NCBI RefSeq assembly: GCF_000189295.2
Contig: NC_016803.1
Coordinates: forward strand, 3,030,001 to 3,062,000
Direction of reading: 5' to 3'
DNA: 32,000 nucleotides
Source: Pseudodesulfovibrio mercurii
Lineage (GTDB): Bacteria; Desulfobacterota; Desulfovibrionia; Desulfovibrionales; Desulfovibrionaceae
The position numbers and the translations under genes are program-made. Shown here piece by piece: positions 22,500 to 29,543 of the stretch; position 1 is the first letter of the stretch, and each line of letters opens with the position of its first letter. The notes below the pieces were generated by a model, which was not told the DNA's origin, did no database searches, and saw only the letters and a list, made by a program, of their open reading frames with translations.

Positions 22500-23246
22500 C
22501 TACTCCTCTTCGTCCAAGGAGATGTTTTCGGCCTGCACGAAGGCCTGCCAGTAGATCAGCCGCTGGCAGTTGGGGCAGCTCAGGATCTGCTGGCCCTTCT
22601 GGAGATCGTTGTACGCCTGCGGCGGGATCATGATGTTGCAGCCCGAGCACACGCCTTCGGACACCGGCACGATGACCGGGTGCTCCATGCGCTCGCGGAT
22701 GAATTCGTAGCGGCCCAGGATCGGCGGCGGAACGGCCTTGCAGGCCTTCTTGCGCTTGCGGTTCAGGGCCTCCAGCTTCTTGTTGGCCTTTTCCAGGCGT
22801 TCTTCGAGGGTGGTCTTGAGGGCCTCGAACTGTTCCTGCACGCCGCTCATTTCATCATTCAGGGCCTGGGTGGCCTCATCCTGGCGGACCAGCTCCTCGC
22901 GCACGGCGGCCTGCTCGTCGTCGCGCATGCGGTTGAGCTTTTCCAGGGAATCCATCTCGCGCATCATGGCGTGATATTCCTTGGTGTTGCCCACCAGCAT
23001 CAGCTTGTTCTTGGACTTCTTGATCTTGCCCGCATCCTCCTCGATCTCCACGGACAGCTTCTTCTTCTGTTCGTTGAGGATGCCCATTTTCTCGTCGATC
23101 TGGCCGCGGCGCTCCTCGAACTCGCCGAGCTGGCCCTCGAGATCGGCCAGCTCCTGGGGCGCCTGGTCGATTTCCTTGGTCAGCTCGAGGATTTCGTCGT
23201 CCACTTCCTGAAGGACGATCAACTGTTCAATCTGTTTCTGATACAT
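22500..23246 (-). CDS. Coiled-coil plus C4 zinc-ribbon protein (HP0958/CT398, DUF164-type)
   Basis: 248 aa. A long heptad-rich Glu/Lys/Leu region is followed by CSGCNIMIPPQAYNDLQKGQQILSCPNCQRLIY, a CxxC...CxxC zinc ribbon. Confidence 0.8.
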   Translation of the reverse strand: MYQKQIEQLIVLQEVDDEILELTKEIDQAPQELADLEGQLGEFEERRGQIDEKMGILNEQKKKLSVEIEEDAGKIKKSKNKLMLVGNTKEYHAMMREMDSLEKLNRMRDDEQAAVREELVRQDEATQALNDEMSGVQEQFEALKTTLEERLEKANKKLEALNRKRKKACKAVPPPILGRYEFIRERMEHPVIVPVSEGVCSGCNIMIPPQAYNDLQKGQQILSCPNCQRLIYWQAFVQAENISLDEEE

Positions 23247-23290
23247 GGATTAACCTCTCTGTCTATTTGAAATCACGAAAAATACTTCCG

Positions 23291-24286
23291 CTATTTGACA
23301 TAGGGGGCAAAGGGGTCCTCGCCCGGGAAGAAGCGGACCTCCGCGTCCGGCAGGGCCTCGCCCAATTCCACGGCGAAGCGGCGCATCATCTCCTCTTCCA
23401 GGGAGAAGTGGCCCACGTCCACCACGCAGACCGGGGTCTCCACGGCCGGGTGGTACTTCATGTCCCCGGTGACGAACACGTCCGCCCCGGCCCCGGCCGC
23501 CCGCTCGATCAGGGACGTGCCCGACCCGCCGCAGTAGGCCACGGTGCGCACGGTCTCCGGCCTGGGCCCGGCGATCATCAGCACCTCGCGTTCGATGAGC
23601 CCGGCCAGCCGCGCCATGAAGGCTTCGAAGGCCAGGGGTTCGGGCAGCTCGCCCGCCTCGCCGAAGCCCACCTCGCTGACCGGCGCGGTCAGGGAGCGCA
23701 GGTAGAACAGGGGGCGTCGGCCCAGGGAAAATTCGATCTTGTCCGCCAGCCCGCGCCATTGGGGCTCGTCGCAGACCACCCGGACCTCGCCCGTGCGGCT
23801 CTGGGCCACGGAGTGCACCCCGTCGTGGTCCGCCCAGATGTCGGCGGCCTCGCGGGAGATGGGCTCGTCGCAGTAGAAGGACGCCTCCACCGGCGCGCTG
23901 CCGTGCTCCACCTCGAGCAGCCGCCCGCCCGTCAGGCCCAGCTCCTCGCCCAGCCAGAAGGCCGGGCCGCCCGGCCGGGTGTCCAGGGAGGTGTGGGCCG
24001 CGTACAGCCAGCTCCCGGACCGGACCACCGCGCGCAGCACGTCCAGGTACATGGACTCCGCGTTGGGGGCCTTGGGCTTCAGGTACAGGGGGTGGTGCGT
24101 GATGATCGCGCCCGCGCCCCAGTCCAGGCAGCGCCCCACGGCCGCCGGGGTCGGCTCCAGGGTCACGGCCACCTTGCCGGTCTCGGCCGCGCTCCCGGCC
24201 ACCTGCACCCCGGAATTGTCCCAGGAACTCTGGTTGCCCTCCGGGGCGAGGTTGCGGAAAATCGCTAAAATGTCTTGAATTTTCAT
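23291..24286 (-). CDS. NIF3-family dinuclear-metal-centre protein (GTP cyclohydrolase 1 type 2 homolog)
   Basis: Start at ATG 24286 (MKIQDILAIFRNLAPE). Motifs AIITHHPLYLKP and VFVTGDMKYH...VVDVGHFSLEE are typical of NIF3/YbgI, with an inserted central domain. Confidence 0.85.
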   Translation of the reverse strand: MKIQDILAIFRNLAPEGNQSSWDNSGVQVAGSAAETGKVAVTLEPTPAAVGRCLDWGAGAIITHHPLYLKPKAPNAESMYLDVLRAVVRSGSWLYAAHTSLDTRPGGPAFWLGEELGLTGGRLLEVEHGSAPVEASFYCDEPISREAADIWADHDGVHSVAQSRTGEVRVVCDEPQWRGLADKIEFSLGRRPLFYLRSLTAPVSEVGFGEAGELPEPLAFEAFMARLAGLIEREVLMIAGPRPETVRTVAYCGGSGTSLIERAAGAGADVFVTGDMKYHPAVETPVCVVDVGHFSLEEEMMRRFAVELGEALPDAEVRFFPGEDPFAPYVK

Positions 24287-24456
24287 GTGCTTACGGCCAC
24301 CTACCATAATGAGGATGCTCCCGTAGGGTTTCCCCCTCGGGAGCATCTCTTGTCCTCTTCGATCACCCGGCCAACGGCCTTAACGGGGGATTTCAGGATA
24401 TATGCGATCTTCTGCTTTCGGGTCTTCGTCAATCACGTCTCCCGGAAGTGGGTCGT

Positions 24457-24532
24457 TGGTAGGCCAGCCAGGATTCGAACCTGGGACCGACCGGTTATGA
24501 GCCGGTGGCTCTGCCAACTGAGCTACTGGCCC
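24457..24532 (-). tRNA. tRNA with CAT anticodon (elongator Met or lysidine-modified Ile2); CCA encoded
   Basis: 76 nt: GGGCCAG-TA-GCTC-AGTTGGCA-GAGC-C-ACCGG-CTCATAA-CCGGT-CGGTC-CCAGG-TTCGAAT-CCTGG-CTGGCCT-A-CCA. It folds as a clean cloverleaf. It is not an initiator: no C1-A72 mismatch and no GGG/CCC anticodon stem. Confidence 0.93.
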
Positions 24533-24535
24533 GCC

Positions 24536-24582
24536 GTGGAGTTGAACACCATAGCCGCGCGCGGCTATGGTGTCAACTCCAC
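24536..24582. other. 47-nt near-perfect palindrome 3 nt upstream of the tRNA 5' end
   Basis: GTGGAGTTGAACACCATAGCCGCG / CGCGGCTATGGTGTCAACTCCAC. The arms are 23-24 nt with a single 1-nt bulge. Seen directly. Confidence 0.8.
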
Positions 24583-24600
24583 GGTGGCGCGGGGGGCGGC

Positions 24601-24722
24601 GGCTTCCGATAGCGGGCCATCCGCACATTTTTAGCGAGGGGCTTTCACCGCAGCGTATTGCCCCATACGTGAGGATGAAAGCCCCTCGCTAAAAATGCAC
24701 GGCTGACCCACTCTCGAAAGCC
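24601..24722. repeat. Repeat family 2, copy B: 122-nt extended hairpin element
   Basis: Same 32-nt outer arms as 16894-17066. The inner perfect 15-bp stem AGCGAGGGGCTTTCA / TGAAAGCCCCTCGCT (24633-24647 and 24676-24690) is unrelated in sequence to copy A's inner stem. Confidence 0.85.
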
Positions 24723-24739
24723 TCGCGGCGTGCGTGCGC

Positions 24740-24890
24740 GGGGGAGAGAGCCGCTGTTCGCGCGCGGTGCGCTCGAAGGCGCTCCAGGGGAGGGGAGAGA
24801 GAGCCGCTGTCGGGTGCGTGCCGCACCTGAATCGCTCCAGGTGGGGGCTGTTCGCGCGCGGTGCGCTCGAAGATGCTCCGGGGGGGGGGG
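24740..24890 (+). repeat. Repeat family 3, array B: three REP-like units
   Basis: Hairpin cores at 24757-24777, 24810-24830 and 24851-24871, each followed by GA(A/G)xxGCTCC(A)G...GGGG. Units 1 and 3 are near-identical. Unit 2 matches the array-A type. The array ends in a G11 run (24880-24890). Confidence 0.8.
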
Positions 24891-24923
24891 CTGCGCTTTG
24901 CGTGCGAAGGCGGTTGGGTCGGG

Positions 24924-26300
24924 TCAGGGGGTGCGGGACTGGCAGGACTCGACCTTGTCGATGGTTCGTTTGGCGAACCACAGGGCCACGGCGGCGGAGG
25001 TCCAGACGATGGCGAAGATGGACAGCCACAGGGCGGTGATGGGGTAGCCGAGGAGCTGGGTGAACAGGGTGAAGAGCAGGAACGGGGCGACCACCTGGCG
25101 GGACAGGCCGAGCCAGATGGCGAACAGGGGCCGCTTCATGCCCTGGAGGACCGAGGTGGGCACGAAGATGGCCACGTAGCCGTACAGGGTGAAGGCGTCG
25201 ATGCGCAGGTAGCCCGCGCCCACGGCGATGACCGCCGGGTCCTGGGTGAAGATGCGCATGAGCGGCTCGGCGAAGAACAGGATGGGCACGGACAGGGGGA
25301 TGAGCAGGTACGCGCCGTAGAGCAGGTTCTTGCGGAAGTTCTCGCGGATGCGGTCGATCCTGCCCGCGCCGTAGTTCTGGGCCGTGATGGTCAGGGCGGA
25401 CACGGACAGGCCGATGGTCGGCATGAGCACCACCTGGTCGATGCGCGTGGCCACGCCGTAGGCCGCCGAGGCCTCGGGTCCGAACCCGGACACGTAGCGG
25501 AAGATGACGAAGAAGCCCAGGGCCACGGTCATGGAGTTGAGCGCCGCCGGGAATCCCTGGTGGGCGATTTCCGCATAGATCTTGAGCCGGGGGATGAGGT
25601 TGCGGCCCTTGTCGGTCTTGAGCAGCCCGGTGCGCCGGGCCTTGCGCAGCAGGTAGACCGCGCCCACGCATTGCAGGAGGATGGTCGCCCAGGCCACGCC
25701 CTGGAGGCCCATGGCGGGCAGGCCGAACCCGCCGTGGATGAACCACGGGTCCAGGATCACGTTCAGCGAGGCCATGAGGATGAGCACGTTGCGCATGCTG
25801 GCCGTGTCGCCCTGGGATTGAAGGATGGCGTTGAACAGGAACAGGGCCATGCTCACCGCGTTGCAGGCGAAGATCGGGATCATGTATTCGAGGCAGGTGT
25901 CCAGGTAGGAGCCGTGCGCCCCGAGCCAGCCGAAGATGGCCGGGGACCACGTCAGGCCGAACCAGGCCAGGAGCACGGACGCGAGCAGGCCGAAGCCGAG
26001 CATCTGCACGGCCACCAGAGCGGCCTTGTTCCGGTCGCGCGCCCCGAGCGCCGCGCCCATCAGGGCGGTGGACCCGGTGCCGATGCCCCCGGCCAGGGCG
26101 GTGATGATGAAGTATACGGGCAGGGACAGGGCCAGGGCGGCCTGGGCCTCGGTGTCGATGCGCCCGGCCCACCATGTGTCCACCACGTTGAACATGGTGT
26201 GGAAGAAAAAGCCCACGCTCGAGGGCACCGCCACCTGGCGGATGACCTCGGAAATGGGCCGCGTGGTCAGGTCGGTCTTGTCGATGCATGCATTGCTCAT
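24924..26300 (-). CDS. MATE-family multidrug/toxic-compound efflux transporter
   Basis: Only the C-terminal 458 codons of ORF-track entry 24924-28076 are real. ATG 26300 gives MSNACIDKTDLTTRPISEVIRQVAVPSSVGFFFHTMFNVVDTWWAG..., with 12 predicted hydrophobic segments, typical of MatE. Confidence 0.88.
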   Translation of the reverse strand: MSNACIDKTDLTTRPISEVIRQVAVPSSVGFFFHTMFNVVDTWWAGRIDTEAQAALALSLPVYFIITALAGGIGTGSTALMGAALGARDRNKAALVAVQMLGFGLLASVLLAWFGLTWSPAIFGWLGAHGSYLDTCLEYMIPIFACNAVSMALFLFNAILQSQGDTASMRNVLILMASLNVILDPWFIHGGFGLPAMGLQGVAWATILLQCVGAVYLLRKARRTGLLKTDKGRNLIPRLKIYAEIAHQGFPAALNSMTVALGFFVIFRYVSGFGPEASAAYGVATRIDQVVLMPTIGLSVSALTITAQNYGAGRIDRIRENFRKNLLYGAYLLIPLSVPILFFAEPLMRIFTQDPAVIAVGAGYLRIDAFTLYGYVAIFVPTSVLQGMKRPLFAIWLGLSRQVVAPFLLFTLFTQLLGYPITALWLSIFAIVWTSAAVALWFAKRTIDKVESCQSRTP

Positions 26301-26393
26301 GGCCGGAGTGTACCCGTTTGCCCCTTGGGGATACAGCCTTTTCCCACCGCTCCGGGCGGTTGACGCGCGGGCGGCGTGCCCGTACCAAGGGGC

Positions 26394-27248
26394 ATGGGCA
26401 AGACGCCGACCAACCGCCAAGTGCGCTTCTGGCGCGACCCGGACCTGCCGGGCGTGGAGGTGCGCCGGTCCTCCTACCGGGAGGAGGCCTTCCGCCCGCA
26501 CGTCCACGACGCCTATTCCCTGGGCTTCATCGAGCACGGCCGGACCACCTTCGAGCTCGAAGGGGGGCGGCACGTCGCGACCGCCGGCCAGCTCGTGTTC
26601 ATCGGGCCGGGCCTGGCCCACGCCTGCAACCCCGACCCGGACTCGGACATGGCCTACACCATGTTCTACGTGGCCCCGGCCTGGCTCACGGCCACGGCCC
26701 GCGAGCTCTTCGGCCCGGAGGCCGAGCCCCCGCGCTTCCCCGACCCCGTGGTCGATGACGGCCCGCTGGCCGAGCGGCTGCGCGCCCTTCAGACGGCCAT
26801 CGCCGACAACGCGGACCGGCTGGAAAAGGAGACCCTGCTCGTCCAGTTGCTGGCCGAGGCCGTGTCCCGCCACGGCGCGCCCGGCCCCGTGTCCGGCCCC
26901 GAACGCGGCCCGGCCCCCCGGCCCGCCGGACGGGACGCGGTGCGGGCGGTGCGCGACTATCTGGCCGCCCACCTGGCGGAAAAGGTCTCCCTGGACGAAC
27001 TGGCCGAAGCCGCCTCCCTCAGCCGCTGCCACCTGCTGCGCGTGTTCCAGGCCGCCACGGGCCTGCCGCCCCATGCCTACCAGAACCAGCTGCGCGTGGA
27101 CCTGGGCAAGCGCCTTCTGGCCCAGGGGCTGCCCGTAAGCCGGGTGGCCGCCGAGACCGGCTTCGCGGACCAGGCCCACTTCACCCGCGTGTTCCGCCAG
27201 TTCACCGGGGCCACGCCCGGCCAGTACCTGGCGGGCGGCCGGTCCTGA
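26394..27248 (+). CDS. AraC-family transcriptional regulator (cupin-like N-terminus, HTH C-terminus)
   Basis: The C-terminal LSRCHLLRVFQAATGLPPHAYQNQLRVDLGKRLL...VAAETGFADQAHFTRVFRQFTGATPGQY is a typical AraC HTH pair. Divergent from the MATE gene. The start is either ATG 26394 or GTG 26376. TTGACG at 26359-26364 is a possible -35. Confidence 0.85.
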   Translation: MGKTPTNRQVRFWRDPDLPGVEVRRSSYREEAFRPHVHDAYSLGFIEHGRTTFELEGGRHVATAGQLVFIGPGLAHACNPDPDSDMAYTMFYVAPAWLTATARELFGPEAEPPRFPDPVVDDGPLAERLRALQTAIADNADRLEKETLLVQLLAEAVSRHGAPGPVSGPERGPAPRPAGRDAVRAVRDYLAAHLAEKVSLDELAEAASLSRCHLLRVFQAATGLPPHAYQNQLRVDLGKRLLAQGLPVSRVAAETGFADQAHFTRVFRQFTGATPGQYLAGGRS

Positions 27249-27320
27249 TCCGGGCCGCAATTTCGTACAATACCCGGTCCGCGCCCTGCGGCATGGTGCC
27301 CCCGAAACCAAGGAGGAGCT

Positions 27321-28271
27321 ATGCCGCTGTGGCAGAAGATGATGATCGGCCTGGCCCGGAGCGCGTCCGTGACCCGGCTGATGCAGGAATCCCGGTACAT
27401 GGGCCGGTTCGCCCGCCGGTTCGTGGGCGGCCGGGACGGGGACGAGGGGCTGGCGCGCGCCCGCGCCCTGCGCGAGCGGGGGCTGTCCGCCTCCCTGTTC
27501 TATCTCGGCGAATACGTGGCCGACCCGGCCGAGATCGAGGCCACCCGCCGGGCCCTGTCCGGGGTGGCCCAGGGGCTGGGCCAGGCCGGGCTGGACGTGC
27601 ACCTGTCCGTGGACCCGACCCAGCTGGGGGCCATGATCTCCTGGGATGCCTGCCGCGGGAATGTGGCCGCCCTGGCCCGCGACGTGGCCGAAAACGGCCG
27701 GGGCGGGCGCGACGTGCTCATGCTCGACATGGAGGACTCCTCGGTCACGGAACCGACCCTGGACCTGTACCACACCCTGCGCGCCGAGGGGCTGCCCGTG
27801 GCCGTGACCGTCCAGGCCTACCTGCACCGGACCGAAGGCGACCTGGCCCGGCTGGTGGCGGACGGGGCCAGGGTCCGCCTGGTCAAGGGGGCCTTCGCCG
27901 AGCCCGGCCGGGTGGCCGTGACCGGCAGGGCGGAGCGCGACGAGGCCTATCGTCGGGCCATCGTCACCCTGCTCTCGCCCGAGGCCCGCGAGCGCGGCGT
28001 GTACCCGGTCTTCGGGACCCACGACCACCGCATGGCCGCCTTTGCCGAACACGTGGCCCAGGTCAACGGCTGGCAACGCGACCGGTGGGAGGTGGAGATG
28101 CTCCTCGGGGTCCGCCCGGCCTGGCAGCGCGAGCTGGCCGACCGGGGTGTGTCCGTGCGCCTCTACCTGCCCTTCGGCCGCGACTGGTGGCCCTACTCCA
28201 TCCGCCGGGTCGGCGAGAACCCCGCCAACCTCGGCTTCGTGTTCCGGTCCATGGCCTCCGGGGCGGAGTGA
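27321..28271 (+). CDS. Monofunctional proline dehydrogenase (PRODH/PutA catalytic-domain family)
   Basis: 316 aa with AGGAGG 5 nt upstream of the ATG. Motifs VQAYLHRT, RLVKGAF and the C-terminal LYLPFGRDWWPYSIRRVGENPANLGFVFRS are characteristic of the family. Confidence 0.85.
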   Translation: MPLWQKMMIGLARSASVTRLMQESRYMGRFARRFVGGRDGDEGLARARALRERGLSASLFYLGEYVADPAEIEATRRALSGVAQGLGQAGLDVHLSVDPTQLGAMISWDACRGNVAALARDVAENGRGGRDVLMLDMEDSSVTEPTLDLYHTLRAEGLPVAVTVQAYLHRTEGDLARLVADGARVRLVKGAFAEPGRVAVTGRAERDEAYRRAIVTLLSPEARERGVYPVFGTHDHRMAAFAEHVAQVNGWQRDRWEVEMLLGVRPAWQRELADRGVSVRLYLPFGRDWWPYSIRRVGENPANLGFVFRSMASGAE

Positions 28272-28331
28272 CCGGAGGCGGACGTTCGCTCGACGGAGGC
28301 CAGCAACGACTTTCGCCCGGCGGCGGGCGAC

Positions 28332-28370
28332 AAAAAAAGGGTGGTCCGCGTCGGCGGACCACCCTTGTCT
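28332..28370. terminator. Bidirectional rho-independent terminator between convergent PRODH and DRTGG genes
   Basis: A7 run (28332-28338), a perfect 11-bp stem GGGTGGTCCGC / GCGGACCACCC (28339-28364) with a 4-nt loop, then the T-rich TTGTCTTCG. Confidence 0.8.
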
Positions 28371-28390
28371 TCGTCTGTGGCGGGCGTGCG

Positions 28391-29455
28391 CTATTTCAGG
28401 CCGAGTTCCTTGACCAGGTATTCGAAGTCGATGTTGCTGGACACGAGCTCCGCGCCCTGCTTGATCTTGATGGCGTCGCGCAGCTTGTGCCGGGAGAGGA
28501 TGTCGTCCATCTTCTTGGCCACGGTGAAGGTGTCCTCGCGGACCATGATGATCGGGGTCTCCAGGACTTCGGACCGAGTCAGGATGATGTCGTTGGGGTA
28601 GAGGTTGCCGGTCAGGATGAGGCAGGGGCAGTCGCCTTCGAGCGCCACCAGCTGCACGTCGGACCGGTCGCCGCCCACGATGATGGCGGAGTTCTTCTTC
28701 TTGCGGAAGTGGGTCATGAAGTTCTCGACCTGCATGGTCCCGATGAGGAAGGACTCGACCACGCGCTCGCTCTTGTTGTGGGCGGAGATGATCTTGCCGC
28801 CCAGCCGGTCGGCCAGGTCGCCGACCTTGATGGCGCCCATGAGCGGGTCGCGGGGGATGACGCCGAGGATCTTGACGCCCTTGGCCTCCAGGGCCGGGCC
28901 CAGGAGCTGGGTGATCTCGTCCATGAAATTCGGGGGCACGTCGTTGAGGATGGCCCCGGCCATGAGGTCGCCGAGCGTCTCCTTCATGGCCATGAGGTAG
29001 TCGTACTTGAGTTCCTTCTGGAAGCGGTCGATGACGATGGTCTTGATGCCCAGGCGGCGGACCACGGAGATGGCGTCGGTGTCGCAGTACTTGCCGGAGT
29101 ACATGGACCCGGAACCGGCCACCAGGGTGATGTCCTTGTCCTTGGACACGGCTTCATAGCCCGCGACGATGCTGTCCAGCAGCCCCTCCATCTTGCCGGT
29201 GAAGGCCTTGACCTTGAAGTCCTGGGTGACCACCACGGGGGTGACCATGGCCGGGTCCTCGGAAAGGCCGAGCACGTCCTGGACAAAGGCGGCGTCCTCG
29301 TCGCCGAGCTTGCCGTCGACCTCCATGGGCATGGCCCCCACGGGTTTCATGTAGCCCACGTTGTACCCGTCTTTCTGCAGGCGCAGGCCCAGGCCCATGA
29401 CGATCATGTTCTTGCCTGAATACCCGGTTGTCGAGCCGATGTAGAGTCCAGCCAT
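28391..29455 (-). CDS. Stand-alone phosphotransacetylase-N-terminal-like protein (BioD-like P-loop domain plus DRTGG domain, no PTA catalytic domain)
   Basis: 354 aa. N-terminus MAGLYIGSTTGYSGKNMIVMGLGLRLQKDGYNVGYMKPVG is a dethiobiotin-synthetase-like fold motif. The C-terminal half with IIVGGDRSDVQLVALEG...LILTG is DRTGG-like. Confidence 0.75.
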   Translation of the reverse strand: MAGLYIGSTTGYSGKNMIVMGLGLRLQKDGYNVGYMKPVGAMPMEVDGKLGDEDAAFVQDVLGLSEDPAMVTPVVVTQDFKVKAFTGKMEGLLDSIVAGYEAVSKDKDITLVAGSGSMYSGKYCDTDAISVVRRLGIKTIVIDRFQKELKYDYLMAMKETLGDLMAGAILNDVPPNFMDEITQLLGPALEAKGVKILGVIPRDPLMGAIKVGDLADRLGGKIISAHNKSERVVESFLIGTMQVENFMTHFRKKKNSAIIVGGDRSDVQLVALEGDCPCLILTGNLYPNDIILTRSEVLETPIIMVREDTFTVAKKMDDILSRHKLRDAIKIKQGAELVSSNIDFEYLVKELGLK

Positions 29456-29480
29456 GCCTATTGTCCTCCTGAGGGTGAAA

Positions 29481-29502
29481 GGGGCGGGAACCGCTCCGCC
29501 CC
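29481..29502 (-). other. Hairpin in the 88-nt spacer between the ACS and DRTGG genes
   Basis: GGGGCGG / CCGCCCC 7-bp stem with an 8-nt loop. On the minus strand TTTCACCC follows, then the AGGAGG RBS of the downstream gene. Possibly a partial terminator or processing site. Confidence 0.3.
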
Positions 29503-29543
29503 GTCTTTTGTTAGTATATGAGACCGCAAAAAATGTCCAAACG

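Noticed and set aside
24880-24890. G11 homopolymer as a phase-variation tract
   Set aside because: It lies in the intergenic repeat array, 34 nt downstream of the MATE stop and far upstream of the tRNA. It is neither within a coding region nor in a promoter spacer, so slippage there has no obvious regulatory consequence.
26301-28076. N-terminal ~590 codons of the 1050-aa minus-strand ORF 24924-28076
   Set aside because: Only the last 458 codons, from ATG 26300, look like a membrane protein (MATE). The upstream part is antisense to the AraC and PRODH genes and has artefactual composition.
24457-28271. tRNA-adjacent MATE/AraC/PRODH genes as an integrated genomic island
   Set aside because: The genes lie on the 5' side of the tRNA, whereas tRNA-targeting integrases usually insert at the 3' end. 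There is no integrase, no direct repeat of the tRNA 3' end, and no visible compositional shift from the flanks.
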